From Escherichia phage ES2-BCU-3: a DNA stretch of 53,728 nucleotides. This document shows positions 38,031 to 45,480 of this stretch, piece after piece (positions within the stretch are counted from its first letter, which is position 1; the number at the start of each line of letters is the position of its first letter). Location of the stretch: the sequence record PV733669.1. One strand, written 5' to 3'. The position numbers and the translations under genes were made by a program. The notes under the pieces were generated by a model. The model was not told the origin of the DNA. It worked only from the letters and a program-made list of their open reading frames with translations, and ran no database searches.

Positions 38031-38570
38031 TTACTCTTCCCAAGGAGCCGGTTCGTCGGTCTTACCAGACGTTGCACCAGCAGCGGCACTTGCCCCCGCA
38101 CCCGCAGTCACTGTTTGTTTCTGCGAGGTCGTTTGAGATGCACCTTGCGTTGAACCAACAGCAGTAGTTGCTTCAGACGCATTTTTGTATTCTTTAATAT
38201 CGTTGCGGTCGTCGTACTGACCGGTCTTATCAATCTTAATACCGACCTTACCCATTACGATGCGGTTTTCCAACAGGTCAGTGCTGGTAAGTTCAACGAT
38301 ACCAACTGCACGGCACAGCTGAGACAGTTTGCGGTGGCCAATATCAACAGCCTGTTGATTCGGGTTAGAGTAGGTAATCATGTCAAACACGACACGGTTA
38401 GCGAACTCACCTTCATTAACACGCAAACGAAGGGACAGGTATGAACCAGTTCCTGCAGCAGTCGGCTTAAGCTCGACTTCTTCAATCATCAGTTGATACC
38501 AGTTCTTAGGAATTGGGTCAAACGATGCTTGTGGTTCGACTTCTGCAGAGTTAAACTGTAATTCAGCCAT
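38031..38570 (-). CDS. Hypothetical protein, possible ssDNA-binding protein (DUF669-like)
   Basis: 179 aa with Gly/Ala/Thr-rich acidic C-terminal tail ending PAPWEE; adjacent to the RecA-like ATPase gene. Confidence 0.4.
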   Translation of the reverse strand: MAELQFNSAEVEPQASFDPIPKNWYQLMIEEVELKPTAAGTGSYLSLRLRVNEGEFANRVVFDMITYSNPNQQAVDIGHRKLSQLCRAVGIVELTSTDLLENRIVMGKVGIKIDKTGQYDDRNDIKEYKNASEATTAVGSTQGASQTTSQKQTVTAGAGASAAAGATSGKTDEPAPWEE

Positions 38571-38639
38571 GGGTTTTACCTTTTCAATAGTTTAAGTTTT
38601 GGTTTAACGCTTTACCGGCAGCGTTCGGCCGTGGAACAC

Positions 38640-38669
38640 ATTATACGCCACTTTTTATCGCGGCGTAAA
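38640..38669 (-). promoter_or_regulatory. Sigma70-like promoter (TTTACG-18-TATAAT), minus strand
   Basis: Reverse complement of cgtaaa(38664..38669) and attata(38640..38645). Confidence 0.45.
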
Positions 38670-38674
38670 CGTTT

Positions 38675-39565
38675 TTATTCGCCGGATTCTTCTTCGGCTT
38701 TAGCCTGTTCAGCCGCCTTCTTGGCAATCCAAGCCATATGCCTTTCTTTCGATTCATCTGAACCGATTTTGGTAACACCACCTGGGTCAGTGTTATTCGC
38801 TTGTTCTGCTTCACGCCCAGTCATAAGCACATAGCTATCAGACTCAGCATGGTAGTACCAAAGCTGATAAGGATGATACCCCTGCAGCTTGTCGTAAATC
38901 CAGCCGAGGTTAGCAGGTTCACGTGCATCCAGCTCACGGCCTGGTGCGTTACGACACTTAGCTTCCCATTGGAAGTCAGGTTGTGTCTGCAGGTAACGTT
39001 CACAGTTACCATCCTTGTCAGGTGCAGTCATGCGTAAAGCAAGTACAGCATCCATAAGATAAGGAAGTTGTTTCGGTAACTGCTGACCAGGCATGAGAGG
39101 CGAATAAAGCATTGCACCGGTAACTTCATCTTTATTCTTCTCCAGCTTACAAAGGTAAGCAACGCTGAAAGGCAGGTCACGGAACTGACGCATGATATAC
39201 ATCATCTTGTCGTTCGTGTTACCATACGCCTGGCGTTTGTCATTGACCTGAGTCTTCTCATAGTCAAGACATACTTCAGCGACGTCAGAAAGAGAATCGA
39301 AGATAAGGTGCTTGTACTTCTTCGCTTCTTTGCTTTCAGTTAGCCATTTGTACAGGTCCAGAATATCCTGGAACTTACCAATGGGAGTTGAGTCAATGTC
39401 TGCATCAGCTACAGACATCAAGCCACCTTCAGCATCGATGATAAGCACTTCACCGTGAGGCAGTGTTTTAGCCAGGCTGGTCTTACCTACACCAGACTGG
39501 CCGTACACCGCAACCTTTGGCAGTTTGTTTTCAACTGCCGATTTGGTAGAGCGGATTTGTACCAT
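38675..39565 (-). CDS. RecA-like AAA ATPase (Sak4-type recombination protein, putative)
   Basis: Walker A GQSGVGKTS near the N-terminus, Walker B-like LIFDSL; sits beside SSB-like and nuclease genes. Confidence 0.55.
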   Translation of the reverse strand: MVQIRSTKSAVENKLPKVAVYGQSGVGKTSLAKTLPHGEVLIIDAEGGLMSVADADIDSTPIGKFQDILDLYKWLTESKEAKKYKHLIFDSLSDVAEVCLDYEKTQVNDKRQAYGNTNDKMMYIMRQFRDLPFSVAYLCKLEKNKDEVTGAMLYSPLMPGQQLPKQLPYLMDAVLALRMTAPDKDGNCERYLQTQPDFQWEAKCRNAPGRELDAREPANLGWIYDKLQGYHPYQLWYYHAESDSYVLMTGREAEQANNTDPGGVTKIGSDESKERHMAWIAKKAAEQAKAEEESGE

Positions 39566-39795
39566 TAATGATAGTCCTCGTATAACATTTCAGTGTCAGC
39601 GTACATCAGATAAAGTGCCTCGACGGCATCGTCCAGACTCTCGAATTGTTCACCGCAAACGTAGAACTCGGACACTCCGTCTTGTGGGTAACGTTCTTCA
39701 ACTACCCAGTCATGACGAATACCGTAAGTCCAATAGTCACAGGCTTCACCTGCTTTCAGTTTACGGGTGGCTTTGAATTGGTTGAGTGTTAACAT
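39565..39795 (-). CDS. Hypothetical protein
   Basis: 76 aa; GAGGAG RBS; own promoter. Confidence 0.5.
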   Translation of the reverse strand: MLTLNQFKATRKLKAGEACDYWTYGIRHDWVVEERYPQDGVSEFYVCGEQFESLDDAVEALYLMYADTEMLYEDYH

Positions 39796-39821
39796 GGCTC
39801 GCTCCTCATGTGTATAGGAGT

Positions 39822-39851
39822 ATTATACCCCACTTACATGGGGTATGTACA
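39822..39851 (-). promoter_or_regulatory. Early-type promoter (GTGTACATA -35 region, TATAAT -10), minus strand
   Basis: Minus strand reads GTGTACATAC-N16-TATAAT; tgtaca 39846..39851, attata 39822..39827. Confidence 0.5.
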
Positions 39852-39854
39852 CTA

Positions 39855-40280
39855 CTATTTCACACGAGTTGCGTTACACGCCATCGGATGGTGACCAAGT
39901 CTTGTGATAAGACCGTCAAGCAGAATTCCAGCGTGAGTCTCGTTGTATGCTTCTACCCACAATGGCAATTCCATGTTCGGCATGTACACGTTGAACTTGT
40001 ACACTTCTTTGAATGCCTTGCTGACAAGCATAATGGCAAGAGGTTTCGGAAGTTCAATACCTTTGTTCTTCCAGAAGTTATGGAACTCATCACCGTTGAC
40101 AATACCGTGCAGTATACGCTGAGTCAAGTCAGTCTTGAGGTCTGCCCTTGCTCTGGTATTGATATAGAAACGGCAAGAGAAGAACTCATTGACGTTAACG
40201 ACATCAACCGCATAAACCATGTTAGGTTCATCGGTTGTTGGTGCGGTGTATACTACGTGTTTAGTTTTGAACAGTTCCAT
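39855..40280 (-). CDS. Hypothetical protein
   Basis: 141-aa ORF. Confidence 0.5.
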   Translation of the reverse strand: MELFKTKHVVYTAPTTDEPNMVYAVDVVNVNEFFSCRFYINTRARADLKTDLTQRILHGIVNGDEFHNFWKNKGIELPKPLAIMLVSKAFKEVYKFNVYMPNMELPLWVEAYNETHAGILLDGLITRLGHHPMACNATRVK

Positions 40281-40326
40281 CGTACTCTCCTTGGAGGAAG
40301 AGGCGGGATTGCTCCCGCCGTATTGA

Positions 40327-41646
40327 TTATTGCAGTTGGTCTTTCAGTGCAGCGATACCCTGGAGCAGAGAAGCAATCTCAGGATTGGTCTGAGCCAGCT
40401 CCATTACAACAGACTGCTTACGACGGTCCATCTCAGCCTGTACTTCCAGGTCAAGACGTGCAGATGCTTCACGCAGTAACTGTTCAGCTTGCTGACGACG
40501 TTCATACTTCTCGAAGTCAGGTACAGACACAATCCACTTCAGCGTCGCGCTGTTAAAGCCTGACGAGTTGGCTTCAGACACAGACACAACATCAACCAGC
40601 TTAGTACCTGCCAGCTCAGGATAGTTGCTGTTACGAACATCAACAACAGCTTTGTCACCGACTTTAACTTTGCCGATGTATTTGTAAGTATACACACGAC
40701 CGTTAGGTTCAAACTTAACGCCGACATACTTCAGTTTGTCGTCCGCAGTTTCAACACCCTGAGTCAGGTTAATCGACACAGGTGCAGAATGAGTATGGTT
40801 AGCCAGCTGTTGAGCAGACATCATTTTAGATGTCAGGTACTGCTCAGAGAAGATTGGCTTAATAGAGCTGAATACATTTTCATTGTAAGTCAGCCAGTTA
40901 CCAGTCTCGTCGATACAAGCAATCTGGCTTGTACCATCCAGCGAACGAACGCCAGGACGGTTCTTTTCGATGTTGTACAGTTTACCGATGTTCAGGTTAG
41001 CATACTGCTTGCACGCAATACCCCAGTTCTGTTTTTCGGATTTGAACTGTTGGAAACGGTTGGTGCTGAAGTTCTGCTTCAGACCGCGGTCGTCGATAAT
41101 CCAGATGTTCTCATACGCATTATCGGTGGCGCCGAGATTAGCGTACACCTTGCCCTGAGTCAGCAAGCGAGTGTTACCTTCGTCAACACAGATAACGAAG
41201 TTAACTGCATCGTGAGCTTTACCGTTTTTATCGAATACTTTAGCCATTGTCTTTGTTTCCTTTGTCTGATGAACGCTTTTGATACGAGCTGTATATTGAC
41301 CAGGTTTAATTGGTCCGTCTGTTGTAAGTGCCAGCTTAACGCAAACACCTTTACCTATTAATTGTGTTAATTCCACTTGAGTCACCTCAGGTTGTGGGCG
41401 GGAAAAGAACTCAGCCATCTCAAACGAACTCCACCAAAAAGAAGCGTTAAATGGATGTTCGCTCAAATCAAGGATAGGTTTTCCCGCGCTGAAGTGAGCC
41501 GGTGCCTTACCCTGGTAGTTGACGCTCTTACCGATGTTTGAAGCATCCATGGCAATCTGTTCCAGACGAGCGATTGCTGCTTCATACTTACGTTCAAAAG
41601 CTGTAGGACCAAACAGCGCACGACGAATACTGGACAGATTGAACAT
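40327..41646 (-). CDS. Hypothetical protein (439 aa)
   Basis: Long early-region ORF with AAGGA RBS and own promoter; C-terminal coiled coil. Confidence 0.55.
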   Translation of the reverse strand: MFNLSSIRRALFGPTAFERKYEAAIARLEQIAMDASNIGKSVNYQGKAPAHFSAGKPILDLSEHPFNASFWWSSFEMAEFFSRPQPEVTQVELTQLIGKGVCVKLALTTDGPIKPGQYTARIKSVHQTKETKTMAKVFDKNGKAHDAVNFVICVDEGNTRLLTQGKVYANLGATDNAYENIWIIDDRGLKQNFSTNRFQQFKSEKQNWGIACKQYANLNIGKLYNIEKNRPGVRSLDGTSQIACIDETGNWLTYNENVFSSIKPIFSEQYLTSKMMSAQQLANHTHSAPVSINLTQGVETADDKLKYVGVKFEPNGRVYTYKYIGKVKVGDKAVVDVRNSNYPELAGTKLVDVVSVSEANSSGFNSATLKWIVSVPDFEKYERRQQAEQLLREASARLDLEVQAEMDRRKQSVVMELAQTNPEIASLLQGIAALKDQLQ

Positions 41647-41680
41647 GATTGTGTTTCCTTATTGCTTAACCGTTAAAAAG

Positions 41681-41710
41681 ATTATATCACTAGTTAGTGG
41701 TGATGTATAC
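41681..41710 (-). promoter_or_regulatory. Early-type promoter (GTATACAT -35 region, extended -10), minus strand
   Basis: Minus strand reads GGTATACATCA-N-TAGTGATATAAT; gtatac 41705..41710, attata 41681..41686. Confidence 0.45.
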
Positions 41711-41712
41711 CT

Positions 41713-42009
41713 TTATTTTAATAAAGAAGTGCAAATAGCATCACACAAACAATGATGAGGTTGCTCGTAGTCTGCAAACATAAACTGCTTACCATTAGCA
41801 ATGACAAGCTCATCCTCAATGCGCAGTTCAATACCAGCCTTCAGCATTAAGTCAAAGGCTTGCTCTTTGTTCTTGTACGGGTCATAGATAAGATGAAACC
41901 CAGACCCACAAAGAAGACAAGGTTTGCCTTCCAGTTTGTATGCAGCAGACTCTTTGACAGTGACACCTGCAATGTGCGCCAGCTTCGCTAAATCATCTAA
42001 CTTAGCCAT
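41713..42009 (-). CDS. Hypothetical protein
   Basis: 98-aa ORF with Cys/His pairs (CLLCGSGFH; HHCLCDAIC). Confidence 0.45.
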   Translation of the reverse strand: MAKLDDLAKLAHIAGVTVKESAAYKLEGKPCLLCGSGFHLIYDPYKNKEQAFDLMLKAGIELRIEDELVIANGKQFMFADYEQPHHCLCDAICTSLLK

Positions 42010-42077
42010 GTGTAATGTACTCCACTATTTGTGTGGCAAGATAACACCCGTAAACCAGGCAACCAACTACGATAGCA

Positions 42078-42422
42078 TCAAGAATCAGACTTGCTAGTTT
42101 CATCTGGCATCACCTGTATAATAATACGTTCTTTGTCAATCACTTCAATTGAGATACCAACCAGCTCTTTACCTGGTTCAGTGAATGCTTTACATTGTAT
42201 GAACGATGTACCATACAACATAGCCTGGTCGATTGCATGACGAAGCTTGACATTATCCTGGTACATATGACGCACACGAGGTAAGACATTACAAAGAGGT
42301 TCTTTCTCGTCCATACCAATTGAGCGCATAATTGATTTGAGTATGCCCAGATGGTGGTTGTACTTATCTTCCAGCGTATAACGCTGACCAGTCTTATTAT
42401 CCATTACCATGTTAGTCTCCAA
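42078..42422 (-). CDS. Hypothetical protein
   Basis: 114-aa ORF. Confidence 0.45.
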   Translation of the reverse strand: METNMVMDNKTGQRYTLEDKYNHHLGILKSIMRSIGMDEKEPLCNVLPRVRHMYQDNVKLRHAIDQAMLYGTSFIQCKAFTEPGKELVGISIEVIDKERIIIQVMPDETSKSDS

Positions 42423-42455
42423 TAAAGAAGGGGCTTGTGTTAAGCCCCTTGTTAA

Positions 42456-42908
42456 TTACTCGGCGTCGTCCGTTTCAGCCGCAGTGAATGTTACAGTCGG
42501 AATACCTGGTGACACTTTAACGATTGGGTCGACAATCGCAAGCTGTTCAGGAGTCAGGTTACGATATGCTGTAATACTCATATCATACTTGGCTTTGAAC
42601 AGTTTAGCCGCAACAACCTTCGGCAACTTCTTCATGACTTCTGGAACAAGTTTCTGCTCCAGGCTACGGTTGATTTTCTGTTCAACCTTCAGCTTACCAG
42701 GTACACCATGCAAGGAGAAGTCGGTAGTCTGTGTACCTTCTTTACCCTTGCTGATAATCATGTCACGTTCAAGACGAGACTTGATTGTCCGGCGCAGAAG
42801 CTCCTGGTCTTCCTTCGCCTTCGCCATCCACTTGTTCAGGTTGGACAGGTTGTCCAGCAGCTGTTCCGTTGTCAGCTGTTCCATTGCTTCCGGTGTTAGT
42901 TTGGTCAT
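42456..42908 (-). CDS. Hypothetical protein
   Basis: 150-aa ORF with helical charged N-terminus; its 5' end overlaps the 3' end of the next ORF by about 140 nt. Confidence 0.45.
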   Translation of the reverse strand: MTKLTPEAMEQLTTEQLLDNLSNLNKWMAKAKEDQELLRRTIKSRLERDMIISKGKEGTQTTDFSLHGVPGKLKVEQKINRSLEQKLVPEVMKKLPKVVAAKLFKAKYDMSITAYRNLTPEQLAIVDPIVKVSPGIPTVTFTAAETDDAE

Positions 42909-43179
42909 TACTTGTTTCCTCGTCAGGAGTAGATTGAACTGGCAACAGCACAGCCAGATAGTTATTGTATGCTTCCCGGAACAGAGCTATCGCTTTGCTT
43001 CGCTTGAGCTCTATTATACCATTAGTGGTATGCACACGTAAAACATTATTTTTCTGCTTGCCAATCCCCTTAACGAGGAACTCAATCTTGCGAACATCTT
43101 CAAGCATGATGATGTCGATTGTGCCGCCCCATTCGTCACTACCTTCGGGCTTGGCTTGGTGCATGAATGCAAAATTCAA
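42769..43179 (-). CDS. Hypothetical protein (3' end overlaps neighbour)
   Basis: 136-aa ORF whose C-terminal 45 aa are low-complexity and overlap the start of 42456..42908; one boundary is probably wrong. Confidence 0.35.
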   Translation of the reverse strand: MNFAFMHQAKPEGSDEWGGTIDIIMLEDVRKIEFLVKGIGKQKNNVLRVHTTNGIIELKRSKAIALFREAYNNYLAVLLPVQSTPDEETSNDQTNTGSNGTADNGTAAGQPVQPEQVDGEGEGRPGASAPDNQVSS

Positions 43180-43517
43180 AATGGTAACTCCCTGAAGTAA
43201 TACGGTTTAAAGTTAATACGTGCAAGTGCATTCTTCATACTGAGGTCTGTTGCATACAGTTCAGTGAAGCCAAACACAAGTTTGAACTTGTCACCTGCAA
43301 GTATTCCTGACTGGTCGTCATACCACTTCTCAACCAGCTTACGACGTTTACGCCAACGTATATCGACGTAAACACAGATACTACCGTCAGCCATGTCACT
43401 GATAGATTCAACATAACCGATAAGAGGCTTGCTGGTAGGGTCAGCAATAAGTACACGGTCACCTTTAGCAAGCTCATTCAAATTCTCAACGCGCTTGATA
43501 TAGTTCTTAGTTTTCAT
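43176..43517 (-). CDS. Hypothetical protein
   Basis: 113-aa ORF, ATGA-coupled. Confidence 0.45.
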   Translation of the reverse strand: MKTKNYIKRVENLNELAKGDRVLIADPTSKPLIGYVESISDMADGSICVYVDIRWRKRRKLVEKWYDDQSGILAGDKFKLVFGFTELYATDLSMKNALARINFKPYYFRELPF

Positions 43518-43909
43518 CGTTCGTTCCTTACCAGTTCACAAGCACGTTCAAAATTCTTTTCACCGAACTTCTTACGGCAGTCATTAGCAAAATAACCGTC
43601 ACCAACCAGGTAGTTACCTGGTGTGTTAAACTCGCCGACACCCATCAGCTTACGTGCAGCTTGCATACAAGAGTGTGATGGCCTTGACACAGGACGAGTC
43701 AATCCACGTTCAGCTTTTGTGGGTACCTTATGCAGGTTGTTCAATTGCTCAAGCACACCAGGTAAATAGTCGGTGTGGAAGTGTGCAATACATTCAGATT
43801 CTGCTTCGTCAGGTGTACCAAGCCAAAGCTCTACAACACCACCTTCAACACGAGCACGAATACCAAAGTTAGGTTTACGCATATTACCTCCAGCGAGGAT
43901 GGTCGTCAC
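43514..43909 (-). CDS. Hypothetical protein
   Basis: 131-aa ORF with scattered Cys/His residues. Confidence 0.45.
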   Translation of the reverse strand: MTTILAGGNMRKPNFGIRARVEGGVVELWLGTPDEAESECIAHFHTDYLPGVLEQLNNLHKVPTKAERGLTRPVSRPSHSCMQAARKLMGVGEFNTPGNYLVGDGYFANDCRKKFGEKNFERACELVRNER

Positions 43910-44108
43910 AGGTGTACAACCACTCAGTTACAAACATTGGATAACCACCAGTAGGATTACCTTTGCCATCATAGGTAGTAATCCAAGTCATACGCTGGCG
44001 TGACTCCATTGTCTGTTGGCAGTTATGTTTCTTCATATCTGCCCTATCCCAAAAGAACCAGGCAGTTATCCCGGCAATGAACAACACGATTACAATTACT
44101 TTGCCCAT
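43884..44108 (-). CDS. Small membrane-anchored protein
   Basis: 74 aa with N-terminal hydrophobic helix (VIVIVLFIAGITAWFFW). Confidence 0.4.
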   Translation of the reverse strand: MGKVIVIVLFIAGITAWFFWDRADMKKHNCQQTMESRQRMTWITTYDGKGNPTGGYPMFVTEWLYTCDDHPRWR

Positions 44109-44198
44109 GTTAATTTACCATGAAGTAAGCGGTAATACCCCATACCAAACCACAGTACACGACACAGGCGATAGCCATATAACCACGATTAGATAGTT

Positions 44199-44573
44199 TC
44201 ACAGACCTAGCACCTCTTTAATTAACTCCATCATTTCATAATCACGACAAGCATCTTTACGGTCTTCTGGAACAAGAGCCGTCTGCTCTTGTTCACGGGC
44301 AAACTCAATCTCTTTGTCGAGTAAGCCTTTCAGGAAATGCATAGCCGCTTTATGTTTTGACTCAATAACAGCAACACCTACCTCTTCAGGCTCACCTTGC
44401 TCACCTGGGAAGATACGACTAAACACTGCCGGATTATTGAACTTAGTTGCATCATCTATATTGTTGACAGGTACACAACTAGGCTGTTGTTTAAAGTTCA
44501 AATGTCCCATACGTGCGTAACGTTGAGGACGGTTAACCGGTGTAGGTAACTTAAATACAAACATTGTTTTCAT
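44199..44573 (-). CDS. Hypothetical protein
   Basis: 124-aa ORF. Confidence 0.45.
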   Translation of the reverse strand: MKTMFVFKLPTPVNRPQRYARMGHLNFKQQPSCVPVNNIDDATKFNNPAVFSRIFPGEQGEPEEVGVAVIESKHKAAMHFLKGLLDKEIEFAREQEQTALVPEDRKDACRDYEMMELIKEVLGL

Positions 44574-45025
44574 TTGTAAATGTCCATCCAGTTACGATAC
44601 TCGTCATAAAAGTGCGGCCACTCTTCTGTGGGATGCAGTTTAATAGATACACCGTTAACCAGATGCAATGTGTAGGTCTGGCGATTGACGTACATGATGT
44701 TACTGTACGGGAAGATATTGCCTGCAGTGTCGGTGAAGTAAGTTGGTGTGTTGTGTAACACTTCTGCCAACGCAACTAACTGGTCCAGCTCAGCACTGTA
44801 GTGTTCACGATTAAAAGACACAGCAGTATTATCACCTTCAGTTACTGAGTCAGTTGTTAACCAACCACGAATAGGAATACCTGCCGCATCTTTTTCAATT
44901 GTAATGTCCTTAATATCGGACGAACGAAAAGTCATACGGGTTACAAACTCGTCGTCTTCCTTTTTGGTGCGACGAATCACGATTGAATGGTACATTGATT
45001 GTGTCTCCTCGTTGTTAATCTTCAT
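44570..45025 (-). CDS. Hypothetical protein (first gene of the long minus-strand cluster)
   Basis: 151-aa ORF, ATGA-coupled to the downstream gene. Confidence 0.5.
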   Translation of the reverse strand: MKINNEETQSMYHSIVIRRTKKEDDEFVTRMTFRSSDIKDITIEKDAAGIPIRGWLTTDSVTEGDNTAVSFNREHYSAELDQLVALAEVLHNTPTYFTDTAGNIFPYSNIMYVNRQTYTLHLVNGVSIKLHPTEEWPHFYDEYRNWMDIYK

Positions 45026-45066
45026 TTATTATGCATATAAAGGAGGGACATGTACATAGATAATTT

Positions 45067-45119
45067 AGTATAAAATACTTAAAAGTCTATGTACACTGAT
45101 GTCTTTTTGGTTATATAAT
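45067..45119. promoter_or_regulatory. Divergent promoter pair sharing a palindromic TGTACA -35 element
   Basis: TGTACA at 45090..45095; plus-strand TATAAT at 45114..45119 (18-nt spacer); minus-strand TATACT is the reverse complement of 45067..45072 (17-nt spacer); second TGTACA at 45051..45056. Confidence 0.5.
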
Positions 45120-45147
45120 GGAGGTCCGCTAAAAGAGGAGAGTCACA

Positions 45148-45480
45148 ATGATTAAGCCAAAGCTGTTACGGCACATTCGTAACGGTGTTAAACTGCTTGC
45201 CGAAGGAAATGAGTATACTTGCAAGCAACGAGGTATCACAAAAGTCGGTCTATTTAATAAAGAACTGCCAATGCGATATTTCACCAAGTCACCATTGACC
45301 CTGGTTCCTGCAGCAGAGTATTACAAAGACCCCGAAGCAGCACGTGCAAAGATTAAGGATGCACTTGATTTGCTTGTCGAGGAAGGCTACTTGACTATTC
45401 GTCAACACACTGAATCATCTTTCTATTATAAGCCAACCCTCAAGGTAACCAGCAATGACAATGACGAGTCAGCCGAGTGA
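45148..45480 (+). CDS. Hypothetical protein
   Basis: 110-aa ORF with AGAGGAG RBS. Confidence 0.5.
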   Translation: MIKPKLLRHIRNGVKLLAEGNEYTCKQRGITKVGLFNKELPMRYFTKSPLTLVPAAEYYKDPEAARAKIKDALDLLVEEGYLTIRQHTESSFYYKPTLKVTSNDNDESAE

